The translations under genes and the position numbers were made by a program. Below are positions 7,375 through 17,192 of a stretch of DNA of 24,000 nt, piece after piece. This DNA comes from Streptomyces rimosus subsp. rimosus (lineage in GTDB: Bacteria > Actinomycetota > Actinomycetes > Streptomycetales > Streptomycetaceae), in assembly GCF_000720725.1 (NCBI RefSeq), contig NZ_JOCQ01000023.1, positions 41,688 through 65,687 on the forward strand, written 5' to 3'. The stretch's first letter is position 1. Every line of letters begins with the position of its first letter. The notes beneath the pieces were generated by a model that searched no databases, had not been told where the DNA came from, and worked only from the letters and a program-made list of their open reading frames with translations.

Positions 7375-7445
7375 AGGTGGAGACAGGATTCGAACCTGTG
7401 TGAACGGCTTTGCAGGCCGTCGCCTCGCCTCTCGGCCACTCCACC
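7375..7445 (-). tRNA. tRNA-Cys (anticodon GCA), 71 nt, CCA not encoded
   Basis: The reverse complement folds by hand into a cloverleaf: GGTGGAG-TG-GCCG-AGAGGCG-AGGC-G-ACGGC-CTGCAAA-GCCGT-TCAC-ACAGG-TTCGAAT-CCTGT-CTCCACC-T. It has a 7-bp acceptor stem, 5-bp anticodon and T stems, a TTCGAAT T-loop and the U73 discriminator typical of tRNA-Cys. Confidence 0.9.
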
Positions 7446-7612
7446 GATACGGAATGCGCTCCGCGTCCGCCGGAACGCCGGCCGGAATAGACACTGCCCG
7501 ACCCGGCCCGATCTCTCGGCGTGGCCGTGACTGTAGCAACCTCGGGCCCGCACAGGAATACCCGCGTCCGACTCCGCCGGAGAAATTCCTGGCACTTCCC
7601 GGTGCCTTCGGA

Positions 7613-7626
7613 GCACCAGCTGGTGC
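7613..7626. promoter_or_regulatory. perfect 14-bp palindrome GCACCAGCTGGTGC upstream of the MFS gene
   Basis: The sequence equals its own reverse complement. It is flanked by repeated GGTGCCTT(TT)CGG elements at 7601-7611 and 7622-7634, and lies about 85 nt upstream of the proposed GTG start at 7710. Confidence 0.3.
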
Positions 7627-7709
7627 CTTTTCGGCATACCCGTCGACAGAACCGCCACGTGAAGTTTGAATGCCCCGGGAATCCACGCCTCAAGGGAATC
7701 GGTGACAGC

Positions 7710-9281
7710 GTGATCGAGCAAAAGTCCGGACCAATACGGAAGTGGTGGGCTTTCACGGGCCTGGGCATTCTGAGTTTTCTGGGATGCATCGACCTGACCA
7801 TCGTGAGCACCGCGGCACCCGTCATCCAGGACGACCTCGGCGCGACGGTCACCGAACTCCAGCTGATCGTCAACGTCTTCGTCGTGGCCCTGTCCACCGG
7901 CATGGTCGCCACCGGCCGCTTCTCCGACAGCCACGGACGGCGCAAGGTCCTCTACATCGGAGCCGTCGTCTTCGCCCTCGCCTCCCTGTGCGCGGGATGC
8001 GCGACCACCGCACCGTGGCTGATCGCCTTCCGCTTCTGCCAAGGAGCGGCCTGCGCCATTCTCTACACCGCCACCGGAGCCCTGGTCTCCGCCATCTTCC
8101 CCCCGCACGAACGCGGCCGGGCCATCGGAAGCCTCTACGGGGTCAACGGACTCGGCCTCGCGGCCGGCCCCGTACTCGGCGGCCTCCTCGTCGGCCCGGC
8201 GGGCTGGCCATGGATCTTCTGGCTCAACGTACCGCTCGTCGTGGTGGCACTGGCCATCTGCCTGCCCACTGTTCCCGAGTCCTACGGCGAGAAGATGACG
8301 GGCGGCATGGACTGGCCCGGGCTGGCCCTGCTGTTCACCTCCGTTCCCTCGCTCGTCCTCGGGCTGACCCTGGGGCACACCCAGGGCTGGAGCACCGCCG
8401 GCATCATCACCCTCCTCCTCTACGGCATCGCCGGTCTCGCTGCCTTCGTACAGGCCGAGTTGAGGGCGCAGAACCCGTTGATCCGCTTCCGGCTGTTCGC
8501 CCGGCGCGCCTTCCTGAGCGCGGTCACCGCCGACTTCGCGCTGGCCTTCTTCTACTGCGTCGCCCTCTTCCTGATGCCCTTGTACCTCCACACGGTGGGC
8601 GGCTTCGACGGGCGCACCACCGGCCTGCTCCTGCTCCCCTGCACAGCCGCCGTCGCCGTTCTCTCCCCACTGGTCGGCCGGCTCGTCGACCGGTGGGGGC
8701 CCCGGCGCCTGCTCTGCCTCGGCTTCCTGGCCTTCGCCCTGTCCGCCCTGGCCCAGACCAGGCTCACCCCGGACACGGGGACACCCGCCCTCATCGCGGG
8801 CTTCACGTTGATGGGCATCGGCTGGGCTCTCGTCCTCGGCCCCGCCACGGTCGCCGCGCTGTCCGCGGTGCCCGGCCACTTGGCCGGCACAGCCGTCGGG
8901 GCCTCGTGGACCGGCCACAACCTGGGAGGCGCCCTGGGCCTCGCCGCCGGCATGGAGGTCTACCGCCTCGCGGCACAGGCCGCCCTGTCCGACCGGCTCG
9001 ACCGCCTGGGTTTACCCGGCGGAGCCTGGACAGCTCAGGCGGTGGAGAACCCGCAGGCCGGCTCCGCGCTCCTGCAACGTCACACCGGCCTCGGCGCGCA
9101 ACAGGCCACGCAGATCAGCAACGCCGTGTTCACGAGCGGCAGTCGAGCCGCCATGTGGCTCCTGCTCGTGGTCGCCCTGACCGCCCTGCTCATCATCACC
9201 GTAGGGCTGCGCCCGGCACGCACGCCTCGGGCGGAACACACGACGGCACCAGATCGGTCCGAAGCAGGGCCACGGCTCTGA
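7710..9281 (+). CDS. MFS transporter, DHA2/EmrB-like (probably 14 TM) drug:H+ antiporter type
   Basis: The N-terminus RKWWAFTGLGILSFLGCIDLTIVSTAAPVIQDDLG and motif A GRFSDSHGRRKVLYIG are present. A length of about 523 aa from GTG 7710 fits 14-TM DHA2 proteins. The ORF-track ATG at 7521 would add a non-hydrophobic, Arg-rich 63-aa extension. The exact start is uncertain. Confidence 0.8.
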   Translation: MIEQKSGPIRKWWAFTGLGILSFLGCIDLTIVSTAAPVIQDDLGATVTELQLIVNVFVVALSTGMVATGRFSDSHGRRKVLYIGAVVFALASLCAGCATTAPWLIAFRFCQGAACAILYTATGALVSAIFPPHERGRAIGSLYGVNGLGLAAGPVLGGLLVGPAGWPWIFWLNVPLVVVALAICLPTVPESYGEKMTGGMDWPGLALLFTSVPSLVLGLTLGHTQGWSTAGIITLLLYGIAGLAAFVQAELRAQNPLIRFRLFARRAFLSAVTADFALAFFYCVALFLMPLYLHTVGGFDGRTTGLLLLPCTAAVAVLSPLVGRLVDRWGPRRLLCLGFLAFALSALAQTRLTPDTGTPALIAGFTLMGIGWALVLGPATVAALSAVPGHLAGTAVGASWTGHNLGGALGLAAGMEVYRLAAQAALSDRLDRLGLPGGAWTAQAVENPQAGSALLQRHTGLGAQQATQISNAVFTSGSRAAMWLLLVVALTALLIITVGLRPARTPRAEHTTAPDRSEAGPRL

Positions 9282-9330
9282 CCGGACGCGTGCCGGCGCC
9301 CGCCGACGTTCGGGCCCGCCCGGTTCCCGG

Positions 9331-10542
9331 TCATGTGGAACTGCCTGCCGGCTTGGCGGGCAAGAGGCCGCCGAGTGCGGCGGCAGCGCGGGCGACAGGG
9401 GTGTTCATGATCCTTGCGACGCTGGAGTGACCGGCGATGTAGGTGTCCAGGTGACGCCATGCCGGAGGCAGGCGTGTCAATGCCGTGTGCAGGAGGGCCG
9501 GGTTCCGGATGAAGAGGTCCGCCAGGGCCGCGCTGGCGCGCATGTCGACGCCGAGGATGTCGTCGACCTGCTGTGCGTAGTGGTCGGTGGCCGACTTCGC
9601 TTCGTCCTCACCGGCCGCGGCGACGAGCCGGGCGGCCGCGCGGCCGGCGAAGGCTCCCGAGTGCAGGGCGTACGAGATGCCTTCCCTGGACCAGTGGTCG
9701 ACCAGTGCCGCGGCGTCCCCGGCGACCAGTACATGTCCGCGGGCCAGCGGGGAGTCGGGGCGGCGGCAGCGGGTCAGGTGGCCGGTGTCGTGGAGGGGGC
9801 GGGCCGTGTGGAGGCTGTGGCGGGTGAGGAAGTCGTCCTTGTAGGCGCGCAGAGCCGCGGGGTTGCCACGGGAGGCCACCACCCCGGCGGTGCAGATGTC
9901 CCCCTTGGGGAACACCCAGCCGAAGGAGCCGGGCAGCGGCCCCCATTCGAGCAGGACACGGCCGCGCCACCGGTCGGCCGTCCGCGCGTCCACGGGCGTT
10001 TCCACTTCGAGGGCCAGATCCACTTGGGCGCATCGCACCCCGACGTAGCGGGCGACCCTGCTGGCGCTGCCGTCGGCGCCGATCACGGTACGGGCGCGAA
10101 GCGGGTCTCCGTGATTGGTGCGCACGGTGACGGTGCGGCCCTGTTGCTCCAGGGTGGCCAGTGCGGTGGAATCGCGGACCGTCGCACCCGCGGCGGCCGC
10201 CGCCTCGGTCAGTGCCGCGTCGGGTTCGCTGCGGAAGACCATGGCACAGGTGGGGGTACGGGACGTACGGGTGCGTTCCCTGCGGCCGTTGAGGCTGAAG
10301 GTGAACAGGCGGGTCGTATCGAATACGTTGAGGGGCAGGCCGGGAGGCAGGGCCGACAGGGAGGCCCCGATGAGGCCGCCGCCGCACGTCTTGTAGCGCG
10401 GGATGGCAGCACGTTCCAGCAGCAGCACCTCACAGCCGTGCCCGGCGGCCACACGGGCCGCGGTGGCGCCGGCCGGTCCGGCGCCGACGACGATCACGTC
10501 CCGGGTTTTGGTGGTGCGGGAGGGGGCGGAGTGGGCTGACAT
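9331..10542 (-). CDS. geranylgeranyl-reductase-family FAD-dependent oxidoreductase
   Basis: The Rossmann motif [15 protein letters not shown] sits at the N-terminus. RYKTCGGGL is the GGR-type Cys motif, and VLVAGDAAALVD is the second FAD motif. The ATG at 10542 has GGAGG 10 nt upstream. Confidence 0.85.
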   Translation of the reverse strand: MSAHSAPSRTTKTRDVIVVGAGPAGATAARVAAGHGCEVLLLERAAIPRYKTCGGGLIGASLSALPPGLPLNVFDTTRLFTFSLNGRRERTRTSRTPTCAMVFRSEPDAALTEAAAAAGATVRDSTALATLEQQGRTVTVRTNHGDPLRARTVIGADGSASRVARYVGVRCAQVDLALEVETPVDARTADRWRGRVLLEWGPLPGSFGWVFPKGDICTAGVVASRGNPAALRAYKDDFLTRHSLHTARPLHDTGHLTRCRRPDSPLARGHVLVAGDAAALVDHWSREGISYALHSGAFAGRAAARLVAAAGEDEAKSATDHYAQQVDDILGVDMRASAALADLFIRNPALLHTALTRLPPAWRHLDTYIAGHSSVARIMNTPVARAAAALGGLLPAKPAGSST

Positions 10543-13500
10543 GCGGTGGTCGCCTCCGAGTCGCGGAGACGGACGGGGCGGACGCTTCGGCTTCCGGGGA
10601 CCGGCGGGGCGACGGAGTGGCGGGGGTGTCCGGCCCCGGTTCGGGGTGCAGCCGGCCCAGGAGGTAGTGGGTGAGAGCGGAGGCCGTGGGGTGGGTCCAC
10701 ATGACCGTCGTGGGGATGTCCAGGGCCATCTCGCGTTGCAGGCGGTTGCGCAGGGCGATGGCCATGAGGGAGTCGAGGCCCAGCGTGACCAACGACGTGT
10801 CGGCGTCGAACCGGTCGGTTCCCACGCGCAGCACCGAGGCGATGTGTTCGACCACCCGGGGGATCAGGATCCCGTGCCGCTCCTGGGCGCTTCCGGCCGC
10901 CTTCAGCGATTCCAGCAGAGCGTTGCGGGAGCCGGATGCGTCGGTGTCCTCGGCCGGGGCGGCGAGGTCCGCGAAGAAGGCGAGGCGGCTGGTGGCGGGG
11001 TAGGACTCCAGCCACTGTGCGAAGTCGGCGGGGGTGTAGGCGGTGCGGGCACGGTTGTGGGAGAGGATGCGTTCCAGGGCGGCGATGCCTTCCTCCGGCG
11101 CGATCATGGCGTAGCCACGCCGGGCCATTCCCGCGCCGCGGCCGACCTCTGCCCACGGCCCCCAGTTGACGCAGGTGGCGGGCAGTCCTTGGGCGCGGCG
11201 CCAGGAGGTGAACTCGTCCAGCCAGGCGTTGGCCGCCGCGTAAGCGCCCTGCCCGGGGTTGCCCAGCAGGGAGGCCGCGGAGGAGAAGGTGACCCACCAG
11301 TCCAGGCCCTGGCCGCGGACGGCGTGGTGGAGGAGCCAGGCACCGGTCGCCTTGGGGCGCCAGACCTTCTCCAGCAGGTCGGGGGTGAGGTTGGCGACGG
11401 TGGCGTCCTCCACGACGGCCGCGGCGTGCACAACGCCCCGCAGGGGGTGGCCGGTCGCCAGAGCGCCGCGCACCAGAGCATCGGCGGCTCCCGGTTCCGC
11501 GATGTCTCCGTTGATGATTTCGACACGGGTGCCGGAGGACGCCGTGATCGCGTCGAGGGCGGTCCGGGCCGCCGCGGAGGGGGCGCCGCGGGAGGAGAGC
11601 ACCACGGCTCCGGCGCCTCGTTCCGCCAGCCACCGGGCGACCAGGAGTCCGAGCCCGCCGAGCCCGCCGGTGATCAGGTAACTGCCGTCGGGCCGGACGA
11701 CGGTGACGTCCCGGGGCCGCACCGGCAGGCGGTCGGTGCCGTCGGCGGGCCAGGTCAGGACGAGTTTGCCGATGTGCTGGGCGGAGGCCATGGTGTGGAA
11801 GGCGGCGGACGCCTCGGCCACGGGATGTTCCGTACGGGGCAGGAGCGGCAGCGTACCGTCGGCGAGCATGCCGGTCAGCTCGCGGAAGCCGGCGGCGAGC
11901 GTGTCCGCGCCCTCCAGCATCATCCGCAGGACATCGACACCGCAGAAGGTGACGTTGTGGCGGAAGGGCAGCAGGCCCAGGCGGGTGTTGGCGTAGATGT
12001 CCCGCTTGCCGAGTTCCACGAAGCGGCCCTGGTGCGCCAGCAGGTCCAGGCCCGCGGTCTGGGCAGGCCCGGTGAGGGAGTTGAGGACGACATCGACGCC
12101 GCGGCCCGCGGTCAGATCACGTACCTGGCCGGCGAAGTCCAGGGTCCGGGAGTCCAGTACGTGTGAGATGCCCAGCTCGCGCAGGAAGGCCCGCTTCTTG
12201 TCACTGCCGGCGGTGGCCAGGACTTCCGCGCCGCAGGCCCGTGCGAGGTGCACGGCGGCCAGCCCGGTGCCGCCGCTCGCCGAGTGGATCAGCACCCGCT
12301 CCCCCGGCCGCAGCCGGGCCAGGTGCCGCAGGGCGTACCAGGCGGTCAGGTAGGCGCAGGGCAGCGCGGCCGCCTCGCGGGTACTCACCCGGCCCGGGAG
12401 GCGCAGGACGCAGTCGGCGCGGACGGTCGCGAAGGAGGTCATGACGGCGCTCTCCGTGGCGTCCACGAACATCGCGGCCACCCGGTCCCCGGCCCGCACG
12501 TCCCGGACGCCCTCCCCGACGGCGGTGACGCGGCCCGCGCCGTCGAACGCGCAGGCGTCCGCCGTCTCCCCCTCGGTGCTGAAGTCCCGGTACACGCCCA
12601 TGGCCTGGAGTACGTTGATGAAGTTGACGCTGGTGGCGTCGAGCCGTACCTCGATCTCGCCCGGTCCGGGCCGTCGCCGGCGCTGGGCGACGCGTTCGAA
12701 GGAATCCAGATCGCCGACGCGGGCGAGGTGGAGGGCCACCCGGTCACGCCGCCGGTCGACGGTCCGGTCGCGGCGCTCCCGCTCGTCCAGCGGCGTGTTG
12801 CGCAGCCGGGCCAGGAGGCGCTTCCCGTGCCGGTAGGCGATCTCGTCCTGGTCATCGGGGCAGGTCAGCAGTTCGGCGGCCACCTGCCGTACCGGCGTCC
12901 GCGCATCGACGTCCAGGATGCCGGGGCGCAGTTCGGGATGCTCGTAGCTCAGGACCCGTACCAGTCCGCGCAAGCCCGCCTGGCCCACGTCCGGCCGGTC
13001 TTCTGGGGCCACGTGCTGAGCGGTGCGGGTGACCGTCCACAGCCGGGGCGCCGTCCCGCCGTCGGCGTACTTCGCCAGGCAGCGGGCCGTCGCCAGCAGG
13101 TGGGTGACCCGGTTCCGGGCCTGCTGGTCGGGGGACAGGCCGTCGGAGGCGGTGCCGGGTGCCGGAAGGTACACCACCGCCTGCGGTGTGTTCTTGCCGG
13201 AGCCGGTGGGGCCGGTGGGACCGAGCGGGTCTGGACCGTCCTCGCCGAAGTCGGCCGAGGCGGGCGTCAGGACCCGTACCGCGGCACCCTGTTCTTCCAA
13301 CACCTCGCCGAGCGCGGCCGCATAGGCTTCCTGCCCGGCCTCCGTCACCAGCGTCCAGGCTCCGGTGGCCGCCTGCGGCGCGGGGCGTTCGCAGGGGTCC
13401 CAGACCGTCTGCAGCAGTCGGTTCGCGAAGCGCTCTTCCGGGCTCTCGGCGGGTACGTGGTGGAACTCCACCCCGGTGGCGTCCGCGACCACCTTGCCGT

Positions 13501-16500
13501 TGTCGTCCCAGAGCCGGAAGTCCGCCGTGTACCGGCTGCCGTCCGCCCGCGTGAGCGTCACCAGGCAGTATCCGCTGAGCGGGACCGGGCCGTACTGCCG
13601 CAGCGCGCCGATCCGCCGCGGCAGGATGCCGCCCGCGGGCACGGCGTCGGTGCGCAGGACGGCGGCGGCCACCGCTTGCAGGCAGCTGTCCAGTGCGACG
13701 GGGTGCCAGTGGAGCACCGGAGCGCCCGCCCGGCCTTCGTCGGGCACCTGAAGTCGCGCCAGGAGGCGATCGCCTTCGGGGTGCCGCGCGGACCGCTGCT
13801 CCGGCGCGTCGGCGTACAGGGCCCGCAGACCGAGGAAGGGCGGCCCGTGGTGGACGCCGCGTTCCTCGCGCATCTGCCGGTAGATCTCCGATGCCTCCAC
13901 GAGATGGGGGAACTGCTTGCGCAACTGCGCCGGGTCGCAGCCCACCGGGGCGCGCTCCCCTTCGGGGACCACGTGCAGGCTCGCCCGGGCGTGCTGGACG
14001 GCCGTACCGTCGGAGGCGGTGCTGACCACCCGCCAGCGGGCGCTGTCCGGGCCGGATGCCTCGGCGGTGGCGGTGACGCGGGTGCCGTCCGCGGCCGGCA
14101 GCAGCAGCCGCTGCAGATCGATACCGGTGACGCGGAGGCGTTCCGTACCGGTGCCGTACAGGTCGGCCGCGGCGGCGATGGCCATCTCGCACAGGGCGGC
14201 ACCGGGCACCACGACGACATCGTTGACGCGGTGTGCGGCCAGCCAGGGCAGCGTCGTGGGGGTGATCAGGGTCTGCCACAGGTGGCGGCCTTCGCCGTCC
14301 GGATCCGCCGTGCGGGGGCCGGTCAGCGGGTGCGAGGCGGCCGGTTGCCGCAGCGGAGACGGATCCACGATGTACCGCCTGCGCTCCCAAGTGGTGGGCG
14401 GGACGTCGGCCAGGGAGCCGGTCCTGTAGCGCTCGGCCCAGTCCAGCGGATGGCCGGCGCAGTGCAGGGCTGCCACGTGTGTGTGGAAGGCCAGCATGTC
14501 GTCGGTGTCGCGCAGCAGGGAGGGCAGGGCCGCCGCGCCGGTGTGTCCGTACTCCGCCAGCGTGGCCTGTACGGGCTGGAGCAGGACGGAGTGCGGGCCG
14601 ATCTCCACGAACAGCCGGTGTCCGTCCTCGGCCGCGGCGCGTACCGCGTCGGCGAAGTGCACGACCCGGCGGAGGTTGTCCGACCAGTAGGCGGCGTCGA
14701 AGGCGACGGGTGCGCGCGGATCGTCGGAGACGGTGCTGTAGAAGGCCGCCGTCGGGGGCGTGCCGGTGACGCCGGTGAGCGCGTCGGCGAGGTCGGGCAG
14801 GATCGGGTCCATGTGGGCGGTGTGCGAGGCGACGTCCACTTCGACCACGCGGATGCCGACGCCGCGGGCGTCCCATTCCCGGGCGACCCGGCGGATGGCG
14901 TCGGCGTCTCCCCCGATGACGGTGTTGTGCGGCGACGCCACGACGGCGACGGTCACCCGGCGTACGTCCTGTTCCGCCAGGAGCTGTTCGACCTCCGCGC
15001 GCCCCAGGGCGACCGAGGCCATCAGGCCCCGCCCCGCGGTCCGCAGGATCAGGCGCGAGCGGCGGCAGATGACCCGTGCCCCGTCCTGGACGCCCAGTCC
15101 CCCGGCGGCCACCGCGGCGGCCACTTCGCCCATGGAGTGTCCGATCACGGCCGCCGGTTCGACGCCGTGCGCACGCCACATCGCCGCCAGCCCCAACTGG
15201 ATGGTGAAGATCACCGGCTGGACCCGGTCGAAGCCGGTCACCACCTCGGGCCGGGACAGCGTCTCCCGTACGGAGAAGCCGGACTCGGCGCGGACCAGCG
15301 GTTCGAGTTCGTCGACCACCCGGGTGAACTCCGGGACGCGGTCCAGCAGTTGTCGGCACATCCCGGCCCACTGCGAACCGTGTCCCGAGAACACCCACAC
15401 CACGCCCGGGCCGGGCTCCGGTACGGCCCGCCCGGTCGCCACCCCGGCGGGTGACGCGGTGCCGGACGCCAGCTCCTCCAGTCGTGCTGCGAGTTGGGCC
15501 CGGCCGACGGCGACGATCCCGGCCCGCTCCCGTGCGTACGAGCGCCGTACGGCCAGGGTGTGCGCCACATCGCCGAGCGGCACGCGCGCGCCCTCTCCCC
15601 GCAGCCAGCGGGCCAGGCGTACGGCCGCGGACCGCAGGGCCACCGGTGTGCCCGCGGAGAGCGGGAACACGCGCGGCACGTCACCGTCTTCCCGGCGCTC
15701 CGGCGCGACGGACGCACGCCGTCGGACGGCGCGGCGGCCGGCCGCGGGGGGCTGCTCAATGACGGCATGGGCGTTGGTCCCGCTGATGCCGAAGGACGAG
15801 ACGGCGGCCAACCGCGCCACTCCCCGCACCGGCCACCCGGTGGTGGCGGTGGGGACGAACAGACGGGAGCCGCTGGGGTCGATCTGCGGGTTCCAGCGGC
15901 GGAAGTGGAGGCTGGCGGGGACCTGGCCGTACCGCAGGGAGGCGATGGCCTTGAGCAGCCCGGCCAGGCCCGAAACCGGTTCGGTGTGGCCGAGGTTGGT
16001 CTTCACCGAGCCCAGCGCGCACCGGCCGCGGCCCCTGCCGTACACCGCGGCCACCGCGGCGAACTCGATCGGGTCACCGACCGCCGTGCCCGGGCCGTGT
16101 CCCTCCACCATCCCGACGTCGCCGGCCGCGACGCCCGCGCGCTCCAGCGCCTGGCGGTAGAGCTCGATCTGGGCGGGCTCCGACGGAGCGCTGAGCCGGG
16201 TGCCGCGGCCGTTCTGGTTGACCGCCGTGCCGCGCAGCACCGCCAGCACCCGGTCACCGGCCCGTACGGCGTCCGCCAGACGCTTGAGGACCACCACCGC
16301 ACAGCCCTCCCCGCGTACGTAGCCGTTGGCGGCGGCGTCGAAGGCGTGGCAGCGGCCGGTGGGAGAGAACACGCCCCAGAGCGCGGGGGCGGTGACGCCC
16401 TCCGGGCCGAGGGACAGCATCGTGGCGCCTGCCAGGGCGATCTCCGTCTCTCCTGTGCGCAGGCTCTGGCAAGCGGTGTGCACCGCGACCAGACCCGACG

Positions 16501-17047
16501 CGCAGGCGCTTTCGACCACGACCGAGGGGCCCTTCAAATTCAGCATGAATCCCACACGGCCGGGGCCGATGCTGTCGAATCCGGTGTACATCGCATAGGC
16601 GTGGATCTCTTCCAGGGGCCGTTGCATCCGCAGCATGTAGTCCTTCTGGTACATCCCGAAGAACATGCCCGTCGGCGTGCCCGAGAGGCTTCGCACCGGA
16701 ATACCGGCGTGTTCGACGGCCTCCCAGACCACTTCCCCGAGCATCCGGTGTTCGGGGTCCACCCAAGGCGCTTCCTGCGCGTTGATCCCGAAGAACTCCG
16801 GCTCGTAGGCATAGACGTCGTCATCCAGAAAACAGCCGTAGCGCAGCCGCTCCGACACCTCGGCCGGCAGCCCCATCAGCTCCTTCTGCTCCCACCGCTC
16901 GGCGGGCACCTCCCGCCTGGTGTCCCGGCGCGCCATGAGCAGCCGCCACAACGACGTCAGGGAATCGACCCGGCCCGGGAACCGGCAGGCCGCTCCGACG
17001 ACCGCAACCGGTTCTTCCCGGTCCGCCGTGCCGTTTCGTGTACTCAT
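10430..17047 (-). CDS. single-module fully reducing type I polyketide synthase (KS-AT-DH-ER-KR-ACP, no thioesterase), 2205 aa
   Basis: All six domains are recognisable by motif (see the sub-features). The ATG at 17047 is preceded by AAGGAAGGAGAG, and the ORF-track start at 17137 is 30 codons further upstream without a good SD. The last 113 nt overlap the downstream reductase gene. Confidence 0.95.
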   Translation of the reverse strand: MSTRNGTADREEPVAVVGAACRFPGRVDSLTSLWRLLMARRDTRREVPAERWEQKELMGLPAEVSERLRYGCFLDDDVYAYEPEFFGINAQEAPWVDPEHRMLGEVVWEAVEHAGIPVRSLSGTPTGMFFGMYQKDYMLRMQRPLEEIHAYAMYTGFDSIGPGRVGFMLNLKGPSVVVESACASGLVAVHTACQSLRTGETEIALAGATMLSLGPEGVTAPALWGVFSPTGRCHAFDAAANGYVRGEGCAVVVLKRLADAVRAGDRVLAVLRGTAVNQNGRGTRLSAPSEPAQIELYRQALERAGVAAGDVGMVEGHGPGTAVGDPIEFAAVAAVYGRGRGRCALGSVKTNLGHTEPVSGLAGLLKAIASLRYGQVPASLHFRRWNPQIDPSGSRLFVPTATTGWPVRGVARLAAVSSFGISGTNAHAVIEQPPAAGRRAVRRRASVAPERREDGDVPRVFPLSAGTPVALRSAAVRLARWLRGEGARVPLGDVAHTLAVRRSYARERAGIVAVGRAQLAARLEELASGTASPAGVATGRAVPEPGPGVVWVFSGHGSQWAGMCRQLLDRVPEFTRVVDELEPLVRAESGFSVRETLSRPEVVTGFDRVQPVIFTIQLGLAAMWRAHGVEPAAVIGHSMGEVAAAVAAGGLGVQDGARVICRRSRLILRTAGRGLMASVALGRAEVEQLLAEQDVRRVTVAVVASPHNTVIGGDADAIRRVAREWDARGVGIRVVEVDVASHTAHMDPILPDLADALTGVTGTPPTAAFYSTVSDDPRAPVAFDAAYWSDNLRRVVHFADAVRAAAEDGHRLFVEIGPHSVLLQPVQATLAEYGHTGAAALPSLLRDTDDMLAFHTHVAALHCAGHPLDWAERYRTGSLADVPPTTWERRRYIVDPSPLRQPAASHPLTGPRTADPDGEGRHLWQTLITPTTLPWLAAHRVNDVVVVPGAALCEMAIAAAADLYGTGTERLRVTGIDLQRLLLPAADGTRVTATAEASGPDSARWRVVSTASDGTAVQHARASLHVVPEGERAPVGCDPAQLRKQFPHLVEASEIYRQMREERGVHHGPPFLGLRALYADAPEQRSARHPEGDRLLARLQVPDEGRAGAPVLHWHPVALDSCLQAVAAAVLRTDAVPAGGILPRRIGALRQYGPVPLSGYCLVTLTRADGSRYTADFRLWDDNGKVVADATGVEFHHVPAESPEERFANRLLQTVWDPCERPAPQAATGAWTLVTEAGQEAYAAALGEVLEEQGAAVRVLTPASADFGEDGPDPLGPTGPTGSGKNTPQAVVYLPAPGTASDGLSPDQQARNRVTHLLATARCLAKYADGGTAPRLWTVTRTAQHVAPEDRPDVGQAGLRGLVRVLSYEHPELRPGILDVDARTPVRQVAAELLTCPDDQDEIAYRHGKRLLARLRNTPLDERERRDRTVDRRRDRVALHLARVGDLDSFERVAQRRRRPGPGEIEVRLDATSVNFINVLQAMGVYRDFSTEGETADACAFDGAGRVTAVGEGVRDVRAGDRVAAMFVDATESAVMTSFATVRADCVLRLPGRVSTREAAALPCAYLTAWYALRHLARLRPGERVLIHSASGGTGLAAVHLARACGAEVLATAGSDKKRAFLRELGISHVLDSRTLDFAGQVRDLTAGRGVDVVLNSLTGPAQTAGLDLLAHQGRFVELGKRDIYANTRLGLLPFRHNVTFCGVDVLRMMLEGADTLAAGFRELTGMLADGTLPLLPRTEHPVAEASAAFHTMASAQHIGKLVLTWPADGTDRLPVRPRDVTVVRPDGSYLITGGLGGLGLLVARWLAERGAGAVVLSSRGAPSAAARTALDAITASSGTRVEIINGDIAEPGAADALVRGALATGHPLRGVVHAAAVVEDATVANLTPDLLEKVWRPKATGAWLLHHAVRGQGLDWWVTFSSAASLLGNPGQGAYAAANAWLDEFTSWRRAQGLPATCVNWGPWAEVGRGAGMARRGYAMIAPEEGIAALERILSHNRARTAYTPADFAQWLESYPATSRLAFFADLAAPAEDTDASGSRNALLESLKAAGSAQERHGILIPRVVEHIASVLRVGTDRFDADTSLVTLGLDSLMAIALRNRLQREMALDIPTTVMWTHPTASALTHYLLGRLHPEPGPDTPATPSPRRSPEAEASAPSVSATRRRPPHVSPLRPLPHHQNPGRDRRRRRTGRRHRGPCGRRARL
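10658..10885 (-). other. PKS acyl carrier protein domain (approximate bounds)
   Basis: The phosphopantetheine attachment motif [15 protein letters not shown]. Confidence 0.85.
11138..11686 (-). other. PKS ketoreductase catalytic domain (approximate bounds)
   Basis: [18 protein letters not shown] (Rossmann motif), HAAAVVEDA (LDD-like position), and the catalytic Tyr in GQGAYAAAN. Confidence 0.8.
11753..12730 (-). other. PKS enoylreductase domain (approximate bounds)
   Basis: MDR-type ER with the NADPH motif [17 protein letters not shown]. It ends near HIGKLVLTW. Confidence 0.8.
13433..14335 (-). other. PKS dehydratase domain (approximate bounds)
   Basis: HPLTGPR at the N-terminus, the catalytic His in [28 protein letters not shown], and LDSCLQ (the DxxxQ motif). 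Confidence 0.75.
14498..15409 (-). other. PKS acyltransferase domain (approximate bounds)
   Basis: [12 protein letters not shown], the active-site GHSMGE, and the specificity-region motifs [10 protein letters not shown] and VASH. Confidence 0.85.
15752..17014 (-). other. PKS ketosynthase domain (approximate bounds)
   Basis: [14 protein letters not shown], the active-site Cys in [18 protein letters not shown], and the His motifs [14 protein letters not shown] and [12 protein letters not shown]. Confidence 0.85.
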
Positions 17048-17168
17048 GCGACACTCTCCTTCCTTTGCTCCGAGACATTCACGGAGGCGATCGGACCGTT
17101 GTCCGCCGCATTTCCGGGTCCCGCACGTATCCTCCATCGCGCCGTACGGCCGCGGTCGTCCGATCGAT

Positions 17169-17187
17169 TTCCGGCCCGGGGCCGGAA
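17169..17187 (-). terminator. stem-loop 5 nt after the UbiB-like gene stop (possible terminator or attenuator before the PKS)
   Basis: ttccggcc-cgg-ggccggaa forms an 8-bp perfect stem. There is no U-tract. It sits in the 145-nt gap between the kinase stop (17193) and the PKS start (17047). Confidence 0.35.
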
Positions 17188-17192
17188 CTCTT

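Noticed and set aside
7367-7709. Genomic-island boundary or mobile element at the tRNA-Cys
   Set aside because: I found no integrase, excisionase or transposase, and no direct repeat of the tRNA 3' half within 24 kb. GC content and codon usage look similar on both sides.
6380-8918. Minus-strand ORFs 6380-7945 (521 aa) and 7242-8918 (558 aa) opposite the LysR and MFS genes
   Set aside because: They run straight through the tRNA gene and intergenic DNA. Their composition is low-complexity and Gly/Arg/Glu-rich. The plus-strand genes carry the real HTH and MFS motifs.
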